Of a stretch of 40,268 nt of DNA, positions 38,292-40,268 are shown one piece after another. The notes beneath the pieces are model-generated. The model searched no databases. It was not told the origin of the DNA and saw only the letters and a list, made by a program, of their open reading frames with translations. The stretch comes from Chitinophagaceae bacterium. GTDB lineage: Bacteria; Bacteroidota; Bacteroidia; Chitinophagales; Chitinophagaceae. Within the stretch, counting starts at the first letter, position 1; each line of letters opens with the position of its first letter. A program made the position numbers and the translations under genes. The stretch lies in the NCBI GenBank assembly GCA_008080615.1, contig VIKJ01000001.1, positions 16,647 to 56,914 of the forward strand, read 5' to 3'.

Positions 38292-38749
38292 TAGGACTGA
38301 TCATTTTTATTGGCCATTACTTCCTGCGCTAAGCTGCTGAAAGCCTCGGGTGAAAAATCCTCAAAGAGCTGTTTGTACTTACCTGCATCCCAAATTTCAA
38401 AACGATCTAAAGCAGCCGAAACAATGATGTCTTTGTTGAGTCCAGCAAATTCTTTAAGAGAGCCGGGCAATAACATTCTGCCAGCCGCATCTAACTCAAC
38501 TTCTGTAGCTCCACCTGTAAACTGACGTCTGAATTGACGTACTTTTGGATCGAAATCATTTAACTGACTAATCTTGGCAATAATTAATTCCCAACTTTTA
38601 AGCGGATACAACGTGAGACATTTCTCAAAGCCACGGCTAATGATAAAACGGCTCTCCCCTTCCGGCAACTGTTTTTTCAGTGCACCCGGAAGCAGAAAAC
38701 GCCCTTTTGCGTCTACCGTTGCTTCATATTCTCCGTGAAATCCGTTCAT
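38291..38749 (-). CDS. mraZ: Division/cell wall cluster transcriptional regulator MraZ
   Basis: DAKGRF and DAAGRMLLP repeats, FEIWD. True start is the ATG at 38749 (MNGFHGEYE); the track's upstream extension covers the operator. Confidence 0.96.
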   Translation of the reverse strand: MNGFHGEYEATVDAKGRFLLPGALKKQLPEGESRFIISRGFEKCLTLYPLKSWELIIAKISQLNDFDPKVRQFRRQFTGGATEVELDAAGRMLLPGSLKEFAGLNKDIIVSAALDRFEIWDAGKYKQLFEDFSPEAFSSLAQEVMANKNDQS

Positions 38750-38771
38750 TTGGGTATAAATATTTTCCAAG

Positions 38772-38812
38772 ATTACCACTTGTTGACACAAAATAACACT
38801 TTTTCCCACTTT
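38772..38812 (-). promoter_or_regulatory. MraZ operator: four GTG-core direct repeats at a 10-bp period
   Basis: The minus strand reads AAGTGGGAAA AAGTGTTATT TTGTGTCAAC AAGTGGTAAT; CAC occurs at 38777, 38787, 38797 and 38807. Confidence 0.8.
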
Positions 38813-38837
38813 TTTACGCATATTGGGAGGGTTGTAT

Positions 38838-38938
38838 TTATCCACAGATTGTTCTATGGCTTAGATGCAGGAGCAGCAAAGATTTGAGTGAAAATGACCA
38901 GAATTGCAACTGTATAACCTGTGAATTACTGTGGATAA
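38838..38938. promoter_or_regulatory. DnaA-box cluster in the mraZ-queA intergenic region
   Basis: Perfect TTATCCACA (38838-38846) and TGTGGATAA (38930-38938), plus 2-mismatch boxes at 38909-38917 and 38920-38928. Confidence 0.65.
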
Positions 38939-38963
38939 CCCCTAAAAGGCAATAAAATAAGGC

Positions 38964-40196
38964 ATGAAGCATCCATCTAAACTTTCAATTGAAGCTTTTA
39001 GCTACGAATTACCAGAAAATCGCATTGCAAAATATCCCCTGGAGCAACGGGATGCTAGTAAATTATTGGTGTACCAATCGGGATTGATTCAAGAAACCAT
39101 ATATCGTGATTTAGCTACGGAAATTTCTAGCAACAGTTTACTAGTATTCAATAATACCAAAGTGGTAGAAGCCCGCTTATTATTTAAAAAAGAAACCGGC
39201 GGCATCATTGAAATATTTTGCTTGGAACCCGATGAACAATATGCCGATATCACCTCTGCCATGTTGCAAAAAGGCAAGGTTTTTTGGAAGTGTTTAGTAG
39301 GTGGTGCAAAAAAATGGAAAGAAGGATCTATCCAATGCTTAGCGGATTACAACGGACAGCCACTATTGGTTGAAGCTAAAAAAACAGCCACCCATAGCGA
39401 TCATTTTATTATTGAATTAAGTTGGAGTAATCAACAAATTAGTTTTGCAGAACTCTTACATATTGCAGGCAATATTCCGCTTCCACCCTATTTGAATAGA
39501 GCTTCAGAAGAAGCAGATAAAGAAAGATATCAAACCATATATGCCAAGCACGATGGCTCTGTTGCTGCACCCACTGCAGGATTGCATTTTACTGATGCCA
39601 TTTTTGAATCACTACAAGAAAAAAATATTGCTACCAATTTTGTAACCCTTCATGTGGGTGCTGGCACATTTAAACCTGTGAAAGCAAGCACCATGAAAGA
39701 TCATGAAATGCATGCTGAATTTATTGAAGTGCAAACACAATTAATAATAGCGCTCATTCATAAAATAGATATAGGCATTATTGCAGTTGGAACTACTTCT
39801 TTACGTACCCTTGAAAGCCTTTACTGGCTTGGAGTTAAAACAGTATTGAACCCATCCATTTCATTACAAGATCTTACCATTTTACAATGGGAACCCTACG
39901 ATTTAGCAGACCATGATATTGATGCAAAAAAAGCATTAACAGCTTTGTTAAATTGGATGCAAAAAAATTCCCTACAACAACTATTTACCAAAACGCAAAT
40001 TATTGTTGCGCCTGGATACCAATTTAAAATTATCAATGGATTGATTACCAATTTTCACCAACCTCAATCTACTTTACTGCTGATTATTGCAGCTATAACT
40101 GGTGAAGATTGGAAGCGCATTTATCAATACGCAATGGATAATGCATTTAGATTTTTAAGCTACGGTGATGGATCTTTGTTGTGGATTAAAAAATAA
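38964..40196 (+). CDS. queA: S-adenosylmethionine:tRNA ribosyltransferase-isomerase
   Basis: IAKYP...RDASKLL, VFNNTKV, PLPPY, YQTIYA, GSVAAPTAGLHF, LHVGAGTF, VGTTSLR, TNFHQP and SYGD motifs. Confidence 0.95.
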   Translation: MKHPSKLSIEAFSYELPENRIAKYPLEQRDASKLLVYQSGLIQETIYRDLATEISSNSLLVFNNTKVVEARLLFKKETGGIIEIFCLEPDEQYADITSAMLQKGKVFWKCLVGGAKKWKEGSIQCLADYNGQPLLVEAKKTATHSDHFIIELSWSNQQISFAELLHIAGNIPLPPYLNRASEEADKERYQTIYAKHDGSVAAPTAGLHFTDAIFESLQEKNIATNFVTLHVGAGTFKPVKASTMKDHEMHAEFIEVQTQLIIALIHKIDIGIIAVGTTSLRTLESLYWLGVKTVLNPSISLQDLTILQWEPYDLADHDIDAKKALTALLNWMQKNSLQQLFTKTQIIVAPGYQFKIINGLITNFHQPQSTLLLIIAAITGEDWKRIYQYAMDNAFRFLSYGDGSLLWIKK

Positions 40197-40268
40197 CTAC
40201 ACCCGAGTTGCAGCATTTTCTTTTAAAATATTTCAATATTAATTTCTTAGTGCGGATAAAAAATTCAA

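Noticed and set aside
22709-38749. dcw cluster lacks murF, ddl and murB; MraY has a periplasmic insertion
   Set aside because: This is the usual arrangement in Bacteroidota.
408-39277. About 30 short ORFs in the track that overlap longer genes (e.g. 408-623, 868-1143, 5809-6054, 14769-15200, 23814-24176, 30092-30508, 33460-33816)
   Set aside because: They are antisense or alternate-frame shadows of well-supported genes, with no recognisable motifs.
40197-40268. Possible 3' end of a convergent gene at the window edge
   Set aside because: Too short to choose a frame or assign a product.
1-40268. tRNA, rRNA, riboswitch (e.g. cobalamin near the PduO gene, preQ1 near queA), CRISPR, IS or prophage elements
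   Set aside because: Intergenic gaps are short, and no such structures, repeat-spacer arrays or transposase/integrase motifs were recognised by eye. An Infernal/Rfam scan would be needed to exclude small RNAs.

Overview
AT-rich chromosomal segment of a Bacteroidota genome, probably Chitinophagaceae-like. The phylum call rests on TAnnTTTG promoter elements, a DUF2795 protein, a Bacteroidota-type FtsL, a long FtsZ and a dcw cluster lacking murF/ddl; the family call is inference. Most of the window is housekeeping: a partial class-IV aminotransferase, Nif3, a zinc-ribbon protein, a TPR protein, recN, fabI, SemiSWEET, ABC ATPases, PduO-type adenosyltransferase, gatC, a FadN-like beta-oxidation gene, the dcw cluster (mraZ to ftsZ) and queA. 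The standout is an ~8 kb locus at 12000-19943 that looks like a synthase-dependent polysaccharide system. It comprises a degenerate (pseudo) histidine kinase, a BcsB-like periplasmic co-polymerase, a processive GT2 with an N-terminal degenerate MshEN/T2SSE_N-like domain and no PilZ, and a GT-C-like polytopic membrane protein, with a divergent secreted GH5. The kinase and GH5 start codons both sit inside one 16-bp palindrome. Other points: an unannotated 26-aa membrane peptide with its own terminator, DnaA boxes and MraZ boxes upstream of mraZ, and several apparent lesions (recN in-frame deletion, fadN frameshift, odd GT2 start, FtsW G-to-R) that may be assembly artefacts. No RNA genes, CRISPR arrays or mobile elements were seen. 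All family calls come from motif recognition by eye; no database searches were run.
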